Positions 1 through 29,032 are shown, counted from the first letter of the stretch. The stretch: 64,000 bases of DNA from the human T2T-CHM13v2.0 reference genome, Homo sapiens (GCF_009914755.1 NC_060929.1), one strand, 5' to 3'. The notes: generated by a model from the letters alone, not told the origin. Numbers and translations: made by a program.

Positions 1-44
1 ACGTTTTCTAAAGATCACCGTGGTGCCATGAGGAGGACAGACTA

Positions 45-462
45 GCACTCACATTCAGACACACGCTCATGTTCTCATTCTCACACATGCACACTCTCAT
101 GCACACTCATGCTAACACGTTTCACACAAATCACCCCAAACTCACACACTCAGATACACTCACACTCACATGCTAACACAGACATATACACATTCATGCT
201 CACAGTCATACCCTTTCACACCAACACACTCATACAAACCAGAGCTCACCCATTTCCACACAGCTTGCACACTCGCGAACACTCGCCCACACTTATGTAT
301 ACACACAACACTCACACACTCATACTCTCATACACTAACACACATTCATTTTTCACACAGCTCTTACAAGTGTTCGTGTACACACACTTACATATGTTCA
401 CACAGTCACACACACACCCCTCCATATGCTCGCACACACACACACACTCATGCACTCACACT
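45..462 (+). repeat. Degenerate (CA)/(CACT)-rich low-complexity tract
   Basis: Repeated cacactca/cacaca units; explains the His/Thr-rich ORFs. Confidence 0.9.
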
Positions 463-1190
463 CGAGGCCTTCCTGGAGTGGGTCGGGTGCAGTCCGAGGG
501 GGCACTGTCAGCTCCGCTGCCTCCTGCCGGGGTTCCAGGGATAATCCCAGCTCTCAGGCATCTGATGTGCCTCCCACCCACTTCTGAAAAGGATTTCAGA
601 TGGTTTAGAAAGGCAAAGCCCAATTGAAGCAGGATAATGAAAAAGAAAAACAGAGGAGGGTAGAGACGTTAAAATCTTAACCCCGGTTTCTCCTGGCCCA
701 GGGCCTTCTAAGCCCAGAAGTACTCAGTGGTCTGTGATTTCAGAGCCCCTGCCCCAGGCCACCTTTTCCTGGCCTCTGTCAACGGCACTTCAGCCCTTGT
801 GGGCCTCTCTACTTGTCCCAAGGCGGGCTGTGAGAGGGCTTCTCCCCTGCCACCATGCCCACCACTGCTTGGGGGGTTAGGGCACCAGTCTCTGGTCTCC
901 CTTCAGCTGCCTGAAAGGGGGCTGGGCTGAAGGCAGTTCAAATGACTGCCTCACAAATGGTGTTCCCCGACATCGGTCAGGCTGCCAAGCAAACATCTTG
1001 GCTCTACCTCTGTCTTTCCTCGAGATGAACTCCCAGCAACCCAGGACCCTCCAGTGCTGAAGCAGAGTTCCTTGTCTCATTGTTCCAGAGTCCTAGTCTT
1101 GATGCTCTACCCATCTGACCCTCAGTCCCAACACAGCCCAGCACAGTTTCTCAGTGAGGGCCTTATTCAGATAAGACACCCAGGGAGTGA

Positions 1191-1605
1191 TGATATGGTT
1201 TGGATCTGTGTCCCCACCCAAATCTAACCCCCAGTGTCAGAGGTGGGGCCTGGTGGGAGGTGATTGGATCATGCACGGAGATTTCTCATGCAAGGTTTAG
1301 CACTATCCCCCTTGGTGCTGTTCTCATGAGAGTAAGTGAGTTCTCACGAGATTGGGTTGTTCAAGAGTATGCAGCACCTCCCCTCTCTCTCTTGCTCCTG
1401 TTCCTGCCATGTAAGACGTGCTGGCTTCCCCTTCCCCTTCTGCCATGATTGTAAGTTTCCTGAGGCCTCCCCAGAAGCTGAACAGATGCCAGCATCATGC
1501 TTCCTGTACAGCCTGCAGAACCGTGAGCCAATTAAACCTCTTTTTCTTTATAAATTACCCAGTCTCAGGTATTTCTTTACAGCTATGCAAGAACCAACTA
1601 ATACA
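1191..1605 (+). mobile_element. MSTA-type MaLR solo LTR
   Basis: Starts TGATATGGTTTGGATCTGTGTCCCC, contains ccatgattgtaagtttcctgaggcctccccagaagc and gagccaattaaacctcttt, ends AACTAATACA; GTGA on both flanks. Confidence 0.9.
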
Positions 1606-1639
1606 GTGACACATCCTGATATTCCAAAATTGCTCAAGT

Positions 1640-2970
<1,331 letters not shown>

Positions 2971-3054
2971 TGTCCAAGCTCATTAGACTCCCAACATGTT
3001 GTCTATAGAAGAAGCAGAACAGCAGATATATCATCGGGCTGAGATGACTCAGCC

Positions 3055-4310
<1,256 letters not shown>

Positions 4311-4889
4311 AAAGGCATAATGCTAAGAAACAAACACAACAGAGGGCCACTGCACTATCTGATGTGTCGGCAGACTAAGAAAGTCATATGAGCTCAGCTG
4401 GAGATAAGCGTTTTCCTGATTCTGAATTCCAGAATGAATCCCTTCACAGAAGCAGTTAAATCCAGGGCACTTCCTGACACAGTGAACAATAGCTTCACCT
4501 CCATTTTTGTACAAATTTGGAAACATCCTTCAAGTACCCATTTCACAACTTGCCCAGCTTTGAAAGCCAAGGACAGAACACCTTTTGCCCCAAGGGAAGG
4601 CAATTTTTCAGGTTGCTCAGCTCACATGTTCCCAGGGACAGACTTCCAAACACTGGGAAGATGCTTAGTCAGCAAGAAGAATGGAGAGGCTGCCCTTCTC
4701 TAATATCCGGCATCTCTCTGAGCTCTCCTACCCTCCCTCACCTGTCTCACCATTCCATGTCACTCAGATCCCTGCTTTGGGCCAACGGCAAGTGTTCAGA
4801 CCTTGGCTATAGTGATAGAGAATTGAGAACAACAAACGCATGGACTTGACTTTTAGAATGGAAAGAGATCAAGAATATCATCTAGGGAA

Positions 4890-5412
4890 GAGACTGCTGA
4901 TTGTCCCTCAACATCCGTTCTCCCCTTCCACAAAGATGGACTTGGTAGCTGCGACCACGGCCACCCAGAATGAAGACAACATTTCCCGTCCTCCTTTGCC
5001 ACTGGCCATGGCCATGTGACTAAGTCTAGCCAATGAGATGAGAGCATCGACACCCCTGGCAGCTTCTGAGAATCTTCCTTTTCCTTTTCCACCTTTGCCC
5101 CTTCATCCTTCTGTCACTGTCCCTTCTTTCATCTTGCTCCCTGGAATGTGGATATGCTGGCCACCATTTTGGACCATGAGGATGAAGGCCACACGATAGG
5201 GAATGTGATTTGAAAGACAGGAGCCATGAGCCCCCTCCCACTCCCTTACCCCTGCAATCAGGCAGAGAAGAGCTGCCACACCAGCCCGGATCACTCATCC
5301 TCAGACTTTCATGGGAGAAAGACGTAAGTAAGAAAGAAAAGTATCCATGTTATATAAGCCATTACTGTTTTGGGCTTCTGTTTCCTGCAGTCAAATCTAA
5401 TCCTAATTGATG
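4890..5412 (+). mobile_element. LTR16-family ERVL LTR
   Basis: ggccatgtgactaagtctagccaatgagatg, ccattttggaccatgagg and terminal aagccattactgttttgggcttctgtt...tcctaattgat. Confidence 0.7.
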
Positions 5413-6301
5413 ACACATTATTTCTTCTCATTTTCCCATAGCCTTCACCCTCCCATCCCCCACCCCCAATACACACATCTTCCACCCAACGCTTGAATCC
5501 TCTCCAAACCACTGTATTAATAGAAAGAGTAACTGTACAGTTCACACAGCTAGAGTGACAGGGTGCTTGCTACCTCTCAGGTCACTTTGTCTTTGGAATA
5601 GATTTGCCAGAAAAGTGTTAGAAAATTCTGCCTCATATTCATTCATTCACTCTGCATACGAACCCAGTTCTCTCCCTCAGGAGGGCCACCCAGTCTTTCA
5701 GACAGTGCTCTGGGCTCCCAGAGCTTCTCTTCCCAGTTTCCTCAGCCTTTCCCATGGGACTTGTCTCCTTTTGGGACATCCTTCACTCCAGTCCCTAAAG
5801 CCACATGGGGAAAAATGCCTCATGTTTGCCTCTCCCTGGCACAGGGCTGGGGCTGCAGGTTTGCAGGGAGTTTTTGATTCCATGATGCAATATGTTATGT
5901 ATCAGTGCAGCTCCAAGACAGTTTGGGTATGTGATAAGAATTCCTCACATTTGCACAGCAGCTTACACACTTGGAAGCATTCTCCCACAATTCCATTTTC
6001 TGCTTGTAATATAGACTCATGGAAAATAATAATAATAGCAGTAATAATAATATTAATAATGTCACCTTAACAGAAGTGTAAAGGAATGCATAAAACGTAA
6101 CATGAAAGTACAAATTAAAAAATAGGAGCAAAAGAATAAAAAAACAAAGATCTTAAATCAAGCTCCAGAGACCAGAAAAAATGCACAAGCAAAGGGAAGC
6201 GGGTTATAAAATATAAGCAGACTAATAGAAATCACACCTGCACACAGCGTAACTAGACACTTCGCTGCCATTTTAGTGCTTCTTCTTCCTGAGGCCCTGA
6301 A

Positions 6302-6318
6302 GCAAGCAGGGGGCGCTA
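6302..6318 (+). promoter_or_regulatory. Candidate CTCF motif
   Basis: GCAAGCAGGGGGCGCTA versus core GCCASYAGRKGGCRS: one mismatch, CpG retained. Confidence 0.45.
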
Positions 6319-6329
6319 CATGATTAAAG

Positions 6330-7700
6330 CCTCAGGATACTATCACTGATTTACAGATGGTGAAAATGACACTGGGGAGGTTAAGGGCCCTTTCTCAGGT
6401 CCCCCAGGCTGTAAATGTTGGAACCACTTCCTTGACCCCCATGCTCTCCACTCAGTCTTTGCCCCTCATTCCACTGGACGAACTGGCCTTCAGCCTGGAG
6501 CACTCTCCCCCACCCCTTTCTTGACACTGGTACCGTCTCTCCTCCACATCTCAACCCAGATGTCACCTCCCCCGCCAGCCCTTCCCTGACCCCAATCTAG
6601 AGCAGGCTCTTCCCTCTCTCATAACTGGTTCATCACGAGTCTACTCTGGAACATGCACCCAGTTTACCATGAAGTATTTGTTCAACATGGCCCCTCTCGC
6701 TGAGGACCGGACTGCACTGTCTCATTTGCTGCTGTGTCTGCAGCACCTGGAATGGAGCCTGGCACTTCCATGTGCTGGAGCCTCCCGGCAAATGGCAGCC
6801 CGTGCTCACAACTGTCGGATGACCCTGCCTTCCCAGGAGGCGTCGCTGAGGCACTGACTCCTGGGACCGAAGGAGCCTTTAGAGCCCACTTCCCCCTATC
6901 CCCTCATAATAGAAAGGGGAAACTGAGGCTGTAGCAGGCAAGGAACTTGTCAGGGCCTCACAGTGGTTAGATACAAAGCTGGTGGGGAGGGCCCCAGGTC
7001 CTGGGTCCAGGCCAAGAGCCTGACACCAATGGGTTACCCCAACTGTGTCAGGGTTTCTATCCATGGAGGGGTAAAATGAGGCAAGAGGGTCCCAGAAATG
7101 TATCTTGTAAGAGGGGTTGCCTAGAACAATGGGGCCTGCTTGGGGAGGAGGTGGAGAGGCCCGCAGGCCTGGCTGGGAAGGAATCCAGCAGGGGCCTTGC
7201 TCAGTTTCCTTCCAGCACATGGGGGAAGTAAACACATTCCTTGGCTATGCAAGCGTCCCTGCCTCCAGCCACCCTCCCAGCTGTCAGAGCCTTGGGTCCC
7301 AGCCAGTGGCTAGCTGTACCATGGAGGAAAGGACCCAGAGAGAGCGTATATGATTCTCCCAGGGTCACAGAGCACTGTGTGTCTCATACCCTTTGCCTGG
7401 GCACAGAGAGGAGAGAAGGACACCAGTGTCTCTCTTCCCTGCAATCCCAGATTGGGCCAGGCAGAGGCCCAGGAAATGCGGAGTTCCAGGTGAGGCTGGG
7501 CCTCTCCGAAGATCACTATCTGGATCCCCTGCACTGGCCAGGAAAGTGAGGAGAAGGGTACTAGGGAACCCTGACAAAGCATCCAGCCCTGCCTCCCTAC
7601 TGTACCAATGGGGAAACTGAGGCCCAGAAGGGCAGGGACTTGCTCCGAGCATCCCAGCAAGCTCGTAGCTAAACCAAGACTAGAGCCCAGGTCTTGTGAG
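6330..7700. mobile_element. MIR and L2 fragments (MIR ~6330-6430, L2 3' end ~6480-6780, MIR ~6880-7020, MIR ~7600-7700)
   Basis: MIR cores such as gggaaactgaggc; L2 3' motifs atgtcacctcc...cttccctgacc and gagcctggcac. Confidence 0.65.
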
Positions 7701-8067
7701 CAATGGCTTCGTATGTCTCTGCTGCCTCCCAGCCCCTTCAGCCCCCTTCTATCCCCTCTTCCTTCTGCTGGGTCTGGTCCTCGCTGATGCTGATTCTTCT
7801 GCCCAGAATTCCCTCCTTGAACTTTTTCACCCAGGCAAACTTCTACTTGTACTTCAGAACAATTTCAAGCTTCCTGACTAAAGAGGTCACGCAGCCCGGG
7901 GACGGGGCGGATCCTGCAACAGGAGCAGCTGTCCTCGGACCCCAGTGCCAGGGCTGCAATTGCAGCAGCTGTGAAACCTGGCTGTTGGTAGCAGCCAGGA
8001 GTGATTCACAGTGAGGGGGAAGGCAGGAAGGTTTGGGTGTCGCCCCTGTGTAAAAAGTCCCAGTGTC

Positions 8068-8367
<300 letters not shown>

Positions 8368-9496
8368 TCATGAAACAGTGCCTGGACTCTGGATGGGGAG
8401 ACCTGGTCCCAACCTGCCTCTCTCGTCCAGCCGTGGGACCTCTCTGGGCCTCGGTATACTGCGAGATGCCACCAAGGCTGACTTCTGGGTCTGGAATTAG
8501 AACCACAGGGTAATTTTTAACTCTTGTGCCAGCTCCAACTGATTGATAGTGGCTGTCTGGAGAGCTGTGTTGAGGAGGATTCTTGTATTGATTGACTTAT
8601 TGATTGATTTAGAGACAGGGTCTCACTGTGTCGTCCGGGCTGGAGTGCAATGGTGCGATCATAGCTCACTGTAATCTTGAACCCGGGGCCTCAAGTGATC
8701 CTCCCACCGTGACCTCCTAAAGTGCCGGGATGACAGGTGTGCACCCCTCACCTGGTCCTGAGGATTCTGAGGTAGGGAGTCTGATGTTCGATTAGTTGTA
8801 CAAGGTCTCTAAGGGCCCCCCTGCCCTGAGGAATATACCCCTCCGATCCCAGTCAGCAGCTCTGAGCTAATGCAGGGCCTCTGGCCAGGCCACAGGGCTG
8901 GGCCTCACCACTCTGAGCTTCCGTGTCCCCGATACATGAAAGACCCCAGCCTCTCAGAGGAGATAAAGGACCTTCCCTGGCAATGGGCCTCTGGCTGCAG
9001 GCTGTCGCCCTCTCCCCTCTGCTTGACCCCAGATACACATTCTTTCCAGCTTGTTCCAGCCAGTGCTTTTCCTCCTGAGTTGCTGCTGCCTCTGCAGGCT
9101 AATTTGGGCCAGGTCAGCACAAAACAGGCCTCAGCAGAGCACTAAGCTAAGCCACTTCCTGCCTGCCACAGGGAAGCGCTGGGGTCTGTAGAGAAAGAGG
9201 GGAGAAAGGACGAGAGGCTGAAGTCCAGTCCCTGCACTGATAAGCAGCCTTGGACGCTGCCCTGTGAAGGAATTTCCTGTTTCTGCCTCCTTCTTCCTCC
9301 TGAGTGCGGCTTATGTACTCCTCCAGCGCCACAGTGTCTGGTTAGGGACAAGGCTGCCCTTTGTAGGTCAGAGAGCTGGGTTTGCGTCAGCTTGCTGTGT
9401 GACGTTGGGCTGGCCTGTGCCTTAGTTTTCTCATCTGTAAAGTGGGATAAATTAACAGCACTAAATTCATTCTGATCAAGTGATGACTAAGGGATT

Positions 9497-10110
9497 TGTG
9501 GGGAATAGTGTCCCCTAAAAACTTAACGTCCATCAGAATCTGTGAATGTGACCTCATTTGGAAACAGAGTTTTGTAGATGTAATCCAATTAAAATTAGTT
9601 CATACTGGATTAGGGTGGGCCCTAAATCCAATGTGACTGGTGTCCTTACAAAAAGAGGGAAATTTGGTTGGATGTGGTGGTTCATACCTGTAATCCCAAC
9701 ACTTTGGGAAGCCGAGGACGGTGGATGGCTTGAGCCCAGGAGTTCAAGACTAGCCTGAGCAACGTAGAGAGACCCCATCTCAATAAAAAATAATAATAAA
9801 TTAAAAACATAAAAGCCGAGGGAAATTTGGACACAGACACAAAACACAAATATGCACAAAGAGAATTCCATGTAAAGATAGACTGAGATTGAGATAGGCA
9901 GAGATTGGAGTTCGCTGCCACAAACCAAGGAATGCCAGAAGCCACCAGCAGTTGGAAGAGGCCAGGAAGGATTCTCCCCAGAGCCTCTCGGGGGAGCGTG
10001 TCCCAGCTGACACCTTGATTTGGGACTTCTGGCCTCTGGAGTTGTGAAAGATATAAGTTTCTGTCTTAAGCCACCCAGTTGGAGGTGATTTGCTACAGCA
10101 ATGCCAGCAC
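9497..10110 (+). mobile_element. MLT1C-like MaLR LTR with a FLAM insert (9666-9800)
   Basis: gaatgtgacctcatttggaaa, ggattagggtgggccctaaatccaatg, ccaaggaatgcc, gacaccttgattt; GAGGGAAATTT duplicated around the FLAM. Confidence 0.85.
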
Positions 10111-10554
10111 ACAAAAACAGGGGTATCCATAAAGCACAGGACTTGACGCCAGGCACAGCAGGACCTCAACAGAGGGAGCTGCCGCTGCTGCCTCTGGGGT
10201 TGCTATTGTTTCCCTCCGTCCTCCATCCCTGCCTCCCCCGAGACATACCAGTCTTCCTGACTCACAGCCCTAACACGTCCCTCCTCTCAGCCACTGGCCG
10301 GCACACGCCAACTGTGGAATCAGACAGTAGGACTAGACATGTGGGGCAGATGGCGGTCTCACAAAGGCTGGCTGAGACCAAGCCCAGAAAAAAGCAGTTT
10401 CCCCACAGTGGGAAAGACAAGGTGCGGCAGGACCCACGGCCACTGCCGAATGCTAGACTGTAAGCTCCGCGAGGGCAGGGGCCAGATCCACTTTGCACCC
10501 TCAGCAGCTGGCACAGGGCACAAGGCCTGACACTTAGCAGGACAAACTAAGTGC

Positions 10555-10735
10555 CCCACACTGTTGTAAGTGTTCACATTTATCCCTCCCAGTGACCCCA
10601 TGAGGAGCCATTACTACCCCCATTTTACAGCTGAGGAAACTGAGGCACAGAGAGCTCATATAACTTATCCAAGGTCACACCACTGCTAGGATTCATATCC
10701 GGGTGGCCTGGCTCCCAAGCCCAGGCTTTTATCTA
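10555..10735 (-). mobile_element. MIR
   Basis: cccattttacagctgaggaaactgaggcacagagag...ccaaggtcacac core. Confidence 0.85.
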
Positions 10736-11116
10736 TTCACTGTCAATATTTATTGAAGTAATGAAAAGGCAAACCAGACTGCAGCTGTGAGAAATGTACG
10801 TGTTTTCTTAAGGTCAAAGTCCTACCCCCAAGACTAAGACCTGTTCCTAGACCTGGCACCTGAAGACAGGTGTCACAGGGAAGATGCCATGCTCTACCAC
10901 AGTGGCTGGTCCCTGGCCCTCCGTGGCCCAGGAAATGCCCCCAGCATGAGTTCTAACTGAAGTCAGCTGTCACAGGAGGGAGCCCACTCCATGATCTCAC
11001 AGGGAGCCAGGGCGGACTTGCCGTCCCCACTTGGAAGCTGAGGCCCAGTAGGTCTAGAGAGCAGGCCCCAGCCCTCGGCACAGGAAAAATCTCTTTGGCC
11101 AGAAATAGATTCAAGT

Positions 11117-12133
<1,017 letters not shown>

Positions 12134-13422
12134 CTATATTTCTTGCCTCCCACACCCTCACGCAAGGTGACTCCAGGGAGCTGGTCATGTCAGCTTCAGG
12201 AACTGGGGTGGGAGCCTCATCACTCTAGGGTGTATCATTACCCGCACTCAGCCTCTCTCCTCACTGTCTCCATTTTCATCTTACAGCTTCAGTTCTTGCT
12301 GCCAACTGTTCCACTCTTTGCCTTGAATTCACATTCCCGAAAAGAGGATCTACTTGTCCAGTTAATTTCCCACCAGGCTGCCTCAAAGCCTGGAGAATCA
12401 GCCTATAGATGGGGTTCCCACCCACGTCCAATCAGCTGTAGCTGGAGGTCGGGGGGCGGGGTGGGCTCTGTGGCACCAGCCTGGCAGCCTCTGAGAATGG
12501 GGCTATGGGACTGGTAGGCACACTGAGGCTGGCTTGGCCTGTGTGTAGCCTGAGGGTCATGCCTTCAACTGTCTCCTTCATGCTTCAGCTCCCTTTACAA
12601 AAACTGTAGAGCCCAGTTTTCTCTCATGAGCTCCCCTCAACCCCATGAAGGGCCTCTGACCCACAGGCTAGATCCAGGATGTCAATTCAAGACACAGGCC
12701 CCCACTGCTTGCTTCCCAGCCCACAGCCAGCATCACCAGTCGACAGTAGTACTCCCTCCCCTTCACTGAGCACAGATGCAGAATCGCTCTCAACAGCGCA
12801 CTCCAGAAGCCGCTGCCAAGCTACTCCAGCTGACATGAAAGACCTAGGCCGAGGGAATGATCTCTAGGTTGTTTTGGCCACTGGCGTGGCCTGGGTGTGA
12901 GTCAGCGTTCCCCACCTGAGCAGAACACGCAGCCGGGGAGGATCTGTAACCAGTGGTCAGTGTCCTCAGGGACAGGTTCTAATTACGTATAACCCTCAGG
13001 ATATGGTGAGGGGACGCCTGAGCCAAGGGCAAGGCTTGGGGTTGAACGCTGACTCACTGGCTTAGAGTTTGAAGTTGGTCACTTGATCTCCTTTCATCTC
13101 TGTCTCTTCTGTGAGTCGAACAGGCAGCTTCTCCCACATCACAGAGGGACTCCTCACCACCTAACTGAGACCTGATCAGTGCTCTGAGAAGGTACCAAAG
13201 CATCAGCCCTGGGGAGGCACCCACTGTATCGAATGGGGACAACTATGCTTTAAGAAACAGCAGGGAACTGGGCATGGTGGCATGTGCCAGTAGTCCCAGC
13301 TATTCAGGAGAAGGAGGCAAGAGGCCAACTCAGGAGGATCACCCAGGAGGAGTTCAAGACTCCAGTAAGTTGTGATCACACCACTGTACTCCAGCCTGGG
13401 TGACAGAATAAGACCCCATTTA

Positions 13423-13620
13423 AGAAAGAAAGAGAGAGTTGGGGGGTGAGAGGTAAAATGAAGGAAGGAGAAAGAAAGAGAGAGAAAGAACAAAAGAAGA
13501 AAGAAAGAGAGAGGGAAAGAAAAGAAGGAGAAAGAAGGAAAGAAAGAAACGAAGGAAGGAAGGAAGGAGGCAGGAAGGAAGGGAGGAAAAAAGGAAGGAA
13601 AGAAGGAAGGAAGGAAGGGA
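13423..13620 (+). repeat. Polypurine (AAAG)n/(AAGG)n tract grown from the tail of an Alu monomer (13268-13425)
   Basis: About 200 nt almost entirely A/G. Confidence 0.92.
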
Positions 13621-13914
13621 CTTCTCAGAGCCACGATGTGTTCAAGTGGTCAATCAACAAGAGCAGGACATAGTGAGCAGAGCTTCCCTTGAATTATTTG
13701 ACTGATTTTGACATACAGACTACATAGGAGTAAAAAAAATCACCCACCTCTGGAAGCGGGCAGATAACAGAAATGAGAACAGAGATGAGGCAAGGGGACT
13801 GCAGATAAGAGGCGCTCTGAGAAGGAGCACAGGGCTAAGTCAGGCCAAGGGCCTGCAGTTCCCACTGAATTTTTCCATGAGCAAACACAGGCCTGGTACT
13901 GCCAGATTTTTCCA

Positions 13915-17669
<3,755 letters not shown>

Positions 17670-17689
17670 AAATTCTTTTTAATTATAGT

Positions 17690-21385
<3,696 letters not shown>

Positions 21386-22174
21386 TTTACATATGGGGAG
21401 ACTGAGGCCAAGGGAGGGCAAACCAAATTCAGCAAGCTGGTGAGTAAAGAAAACAGGGTTTGAACCCAGGTACACCCAAGTCCAGAGCCCTTGCTCTCTG
21501 TCCACCCGTCTTCACGCCCTCCACCAATGGCTATGCTTTCCTGCCCTGGCTGTGCCCATGCTGTTCTTCTCTGTGCCCCTAGCAGGGTCCCCAACTCCAT
21601 CCAAGGCCCATTCAGGACTTTGAGGTTGAGAGAGCCCAAGAGGGAAGGAAGCCACCACTTGCAGGCCCTTCCAGCACAGGCCAATCTGGTGCTGCCACCA
21701 TCTTCCAGCCAGACCCTCACCCCTGGGAATCAGCCCCCGCCCTTCATCCCAGCAGCCTGCTCGGCAGCCTTTGCCCTGTGTCTGTTTATGGCTCCTTTCC
21801 CCAACTACTGACTCAGCCCTTCCTTTTTTGGGCCTTCAAGGACTGGAGGGGGGCAGGGAGAAGCCACCAGGCTGAGCTTCAGACTGCAAAACTCCCTATT
21901 GCTGCAGTGGGAGTAAAAGCCCACAGCCAGGCCAAACCAGGAGGATCACTCGAGCCAAAGGGTTTAGGACCAGCCTGGGCAACATGGCGAGACCCTGTCT
22001 GTATAAAAAGAAAAAAAAAATGACCACAACCAAGCGGGAGCTGGTGGAACAAACAGCCCCTCCTGAACTTCCTGTCCACTTCAGGGCTTCCATCATCGGA
22101 CTCTCTCTACAGCCAGGACAGAGTCAAGCTTCAGCTTCCTTGCCTGTAAACTGTGGGTAATAATAACACCCGCC

Positions 22175-22942
22175 TGTAGTAGTTCGCTAGGGCTATCATA
22201 CATAGCAAAGTAACACAAACTGGGTGGCTTTAACTACAGAAATATATTGCCTCTCATTTCTGGAGGCTGGCAGGCCCAGATCAAGGTATTAGTAGGGCTG
22301 AGTCTTTCTAAGGCTGTGAGGAAGTCTCTGTTCGAGACCTCTCCTAGCTTCTGCTGCTTTTCTCGCAGTCTTTGATGTTCCTTGACTTATGCACGTATTA
22401 ACCAGACCTCTGCTTTCACACTCACATGGTTCTTGCCTGTGTGTGCCTCTGTGTCCAAATTTCTCTTTTTATAAGGACAACAGTCATGCTGGATCAGGGC
22501 CCTAATGACCTCAACTTAACTTGATCATCTGCAAAGACCCTATTTCCAAAATAAGGTTACATTCACAAGTACTGGGGTTAGGACTTCTGCATCTTTTTTT
22601 TTTTTTTTTTTTTTTTGAGACGGAGTCTTGCTCTGTTGCCCAGCCTGGAGTGCAGTGGCACGATCTTGGCTCACTGCAATCTCCGCCTCCCAGGTTCAAG
22701 CAATTCTCTGCCTCAGCCTCCTGAGTAGCTGGGATTACAGGTGCCTGCCACCACGCCTGGCTAATTTTTTGTATTTTTAGTACAGACAGGGTTTCACCAT
22801 CTTGGCCAGGCTGGTCTTGAACTCCTGACCTTGTGATCCACTCGCCTCGACCTCCAAAAGTGCTGGGGTTACAGACATGAGCCATCACACCCGGCCAACT
22901 CCTGCATCTTTTAGGGCAGGGAGATGTTCAAGCCATAACACC
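22175..22942 (-). mobile_element. MLT1B/C MaLR LTR split by AluS (22593-22895)
   Basis: aaactgggtggcttta, tataaggacaacagtcatgctggat, ctgcaaagaccctatttccaaa; TSD ACT(T/C)CTGCATCTTTT. Confidence 0.85.
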
Positions 22943-23882
22943 GCCTCACAGGATTGTCAAATGGATGAAATGAGCTAACGCATGCTGTGCCAGGCACAAA
23001 GTCATCACTCAGTGAATGTTCTTTATTATCATATTGTTATTATTTCTCTGCACAGTGGCTGCCAGTGTGCTGCACTGGGTCCTATGGGGTGGCCATCCCA
23101 GGGTAGTGCAAGTGCCCCACAAATCCCTGAAATGTGACCAGCAGTGGCTCCAGAATTTCACAGTAAGGAGGAACTTGGGGGCGTGGGAGGGAGATCAGGT
23201 TGGAAGGGGCTCAGCACGCTCACTGATGGATCTAAGCTCTCATATCACACGACGAAGACAGCAGTGCTTCCTGAAGATGCTCTGAGTCCCACTGGGTGCG
23301 TGACTGAGAAACCGCGCAGCTGTCCACCTGTGTCAGATCCTATCGCTGCTGTTGTAAATCCTTAGCGAAGCTTGTAGGGGAAGTGACAGTCATTGCTGGT
23401 GGTGAGTCGGGTGACTGATGTGCTCCCAAGGCTCTCCTTGATACAGGCACTTCATGCACCACGTCATCATGCTAGGCTAGTAGTCCCAGGAGGCTGAGTC
23501 ATGGGGTGATGTCGGGATGCTCCCCTCGGTGGGGCTGTGTCTTGTGAGTGGTCGCGTTGGTGGGGATGGCGGCTCTCTTGCTGGGAGGCAACAGACCTCT
23601 GTGCGTGGGCGGGAGGTGGCACAGGCTTCTCATCTGGGAGACCAGATTGAATCTCAAATTGCTGCCTGCCTTCCGCACTTAAAACTGCTTCCTCACTCAG
23701 CACTTTGTGAGTGAGGCTCAAGTTCAAAGTCCTGAATGAAAGCCTTGATAATGAATCTGACCCGACGATGATACAAAGCTTCAATTATGGAGCTTGTAAA
23801 ATGATACTGATATATGTGTGCTTCCTTGCATTTCTTCTGGGTTTCGGTTGTTCCCCTGTGCCCTTTTATAAAAGTGTTTTGA

Positions 23883-28260
<4,378 letters not shown>

Positions 28261-29032
28261 AACGATCACCCGCCACTGCTGCGCGCTAGGCAGAGACCAC
28301 GAGAGGGCTATGATGGAAGGGAGAGGAGAGTTTCCAGGCTTGCTGGCTCCACTGTGCCTGGCTCTCCACCTTTGCTTTTCCCATCCAGTGAGTAGCATGG
28401 ACCTCGACCCTCCAGGGCACTAGAGAGAAGAGGAGGGAGGGCCTATGTCCTCCACTGTGGAAGCACCAGGAGAGGCTGGAAGCAGATGAATAGCAGCCCA
28501 AGCCTCTCTGGACACAGAGTAAGAAATCTTTGCTGAGTGCAGCATGTGGAAAGGACCCTGTGTCCCTGTATTTCTTCTGGAGGTTTTCCAAGGAAGCAAA
28601 AGTTGCCAAGGAAGCAAAGTTCACAAGAAGCTTCCGACTGTAGGCAAAGTGGGAAAGATGAGGTGGAGACAGTGAAGTCATCTCAGGCAGGGCGGCACCC
28701 TCCTCTCCTGGCTGCTGGAACTGCTGACCTCACCTCCTTCCCGCACCCAGGAACCCAAGAGGGAGCCGATCACTGTGGGGGAAGGACTACTGGGACTGCG
28801 ACAAGTTCCAGGAACCACGCTCTGGCAGGACAAAGCAGTCTTTACCTGCAGCATAGCACCTTCTCGGGGGTGCCGGCCCGGGTGATGTCCATTCACAGGG
28901 GGAAGGCTGGAGGGGAGGGAGTCCCTGTATTTGTGGCCTGGCTCTCAGCACCTGCTGTGTGGCTCCTGCACATCAAATTCCCACTCAGGGCTGTTCTCCC
29001 TCCTGGAAAGCAGGGAGCTGAGCTAGAGGCTT

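Noticed and set aside
109-627. 172-aa His/Thr-rich ORF
   Set aside because: Translation of a CA-rich low-complexity tract; no true ATG start and no domain.
22546-22556. CArG-like CCAAAATAAGG in MLT1
   Set aside because: Seven A/T bases between CC and GG, so not a canonical CArG.
28588-28630. CCAAGGAAGCAAAAGTT repeated about 2.5 times (and TCTTTTGGGAAGCAAAAG twice at ~39933-39968)
   Set aside because: Simple local tandem duplications with no spacers; not a CRISPR-like or other array.
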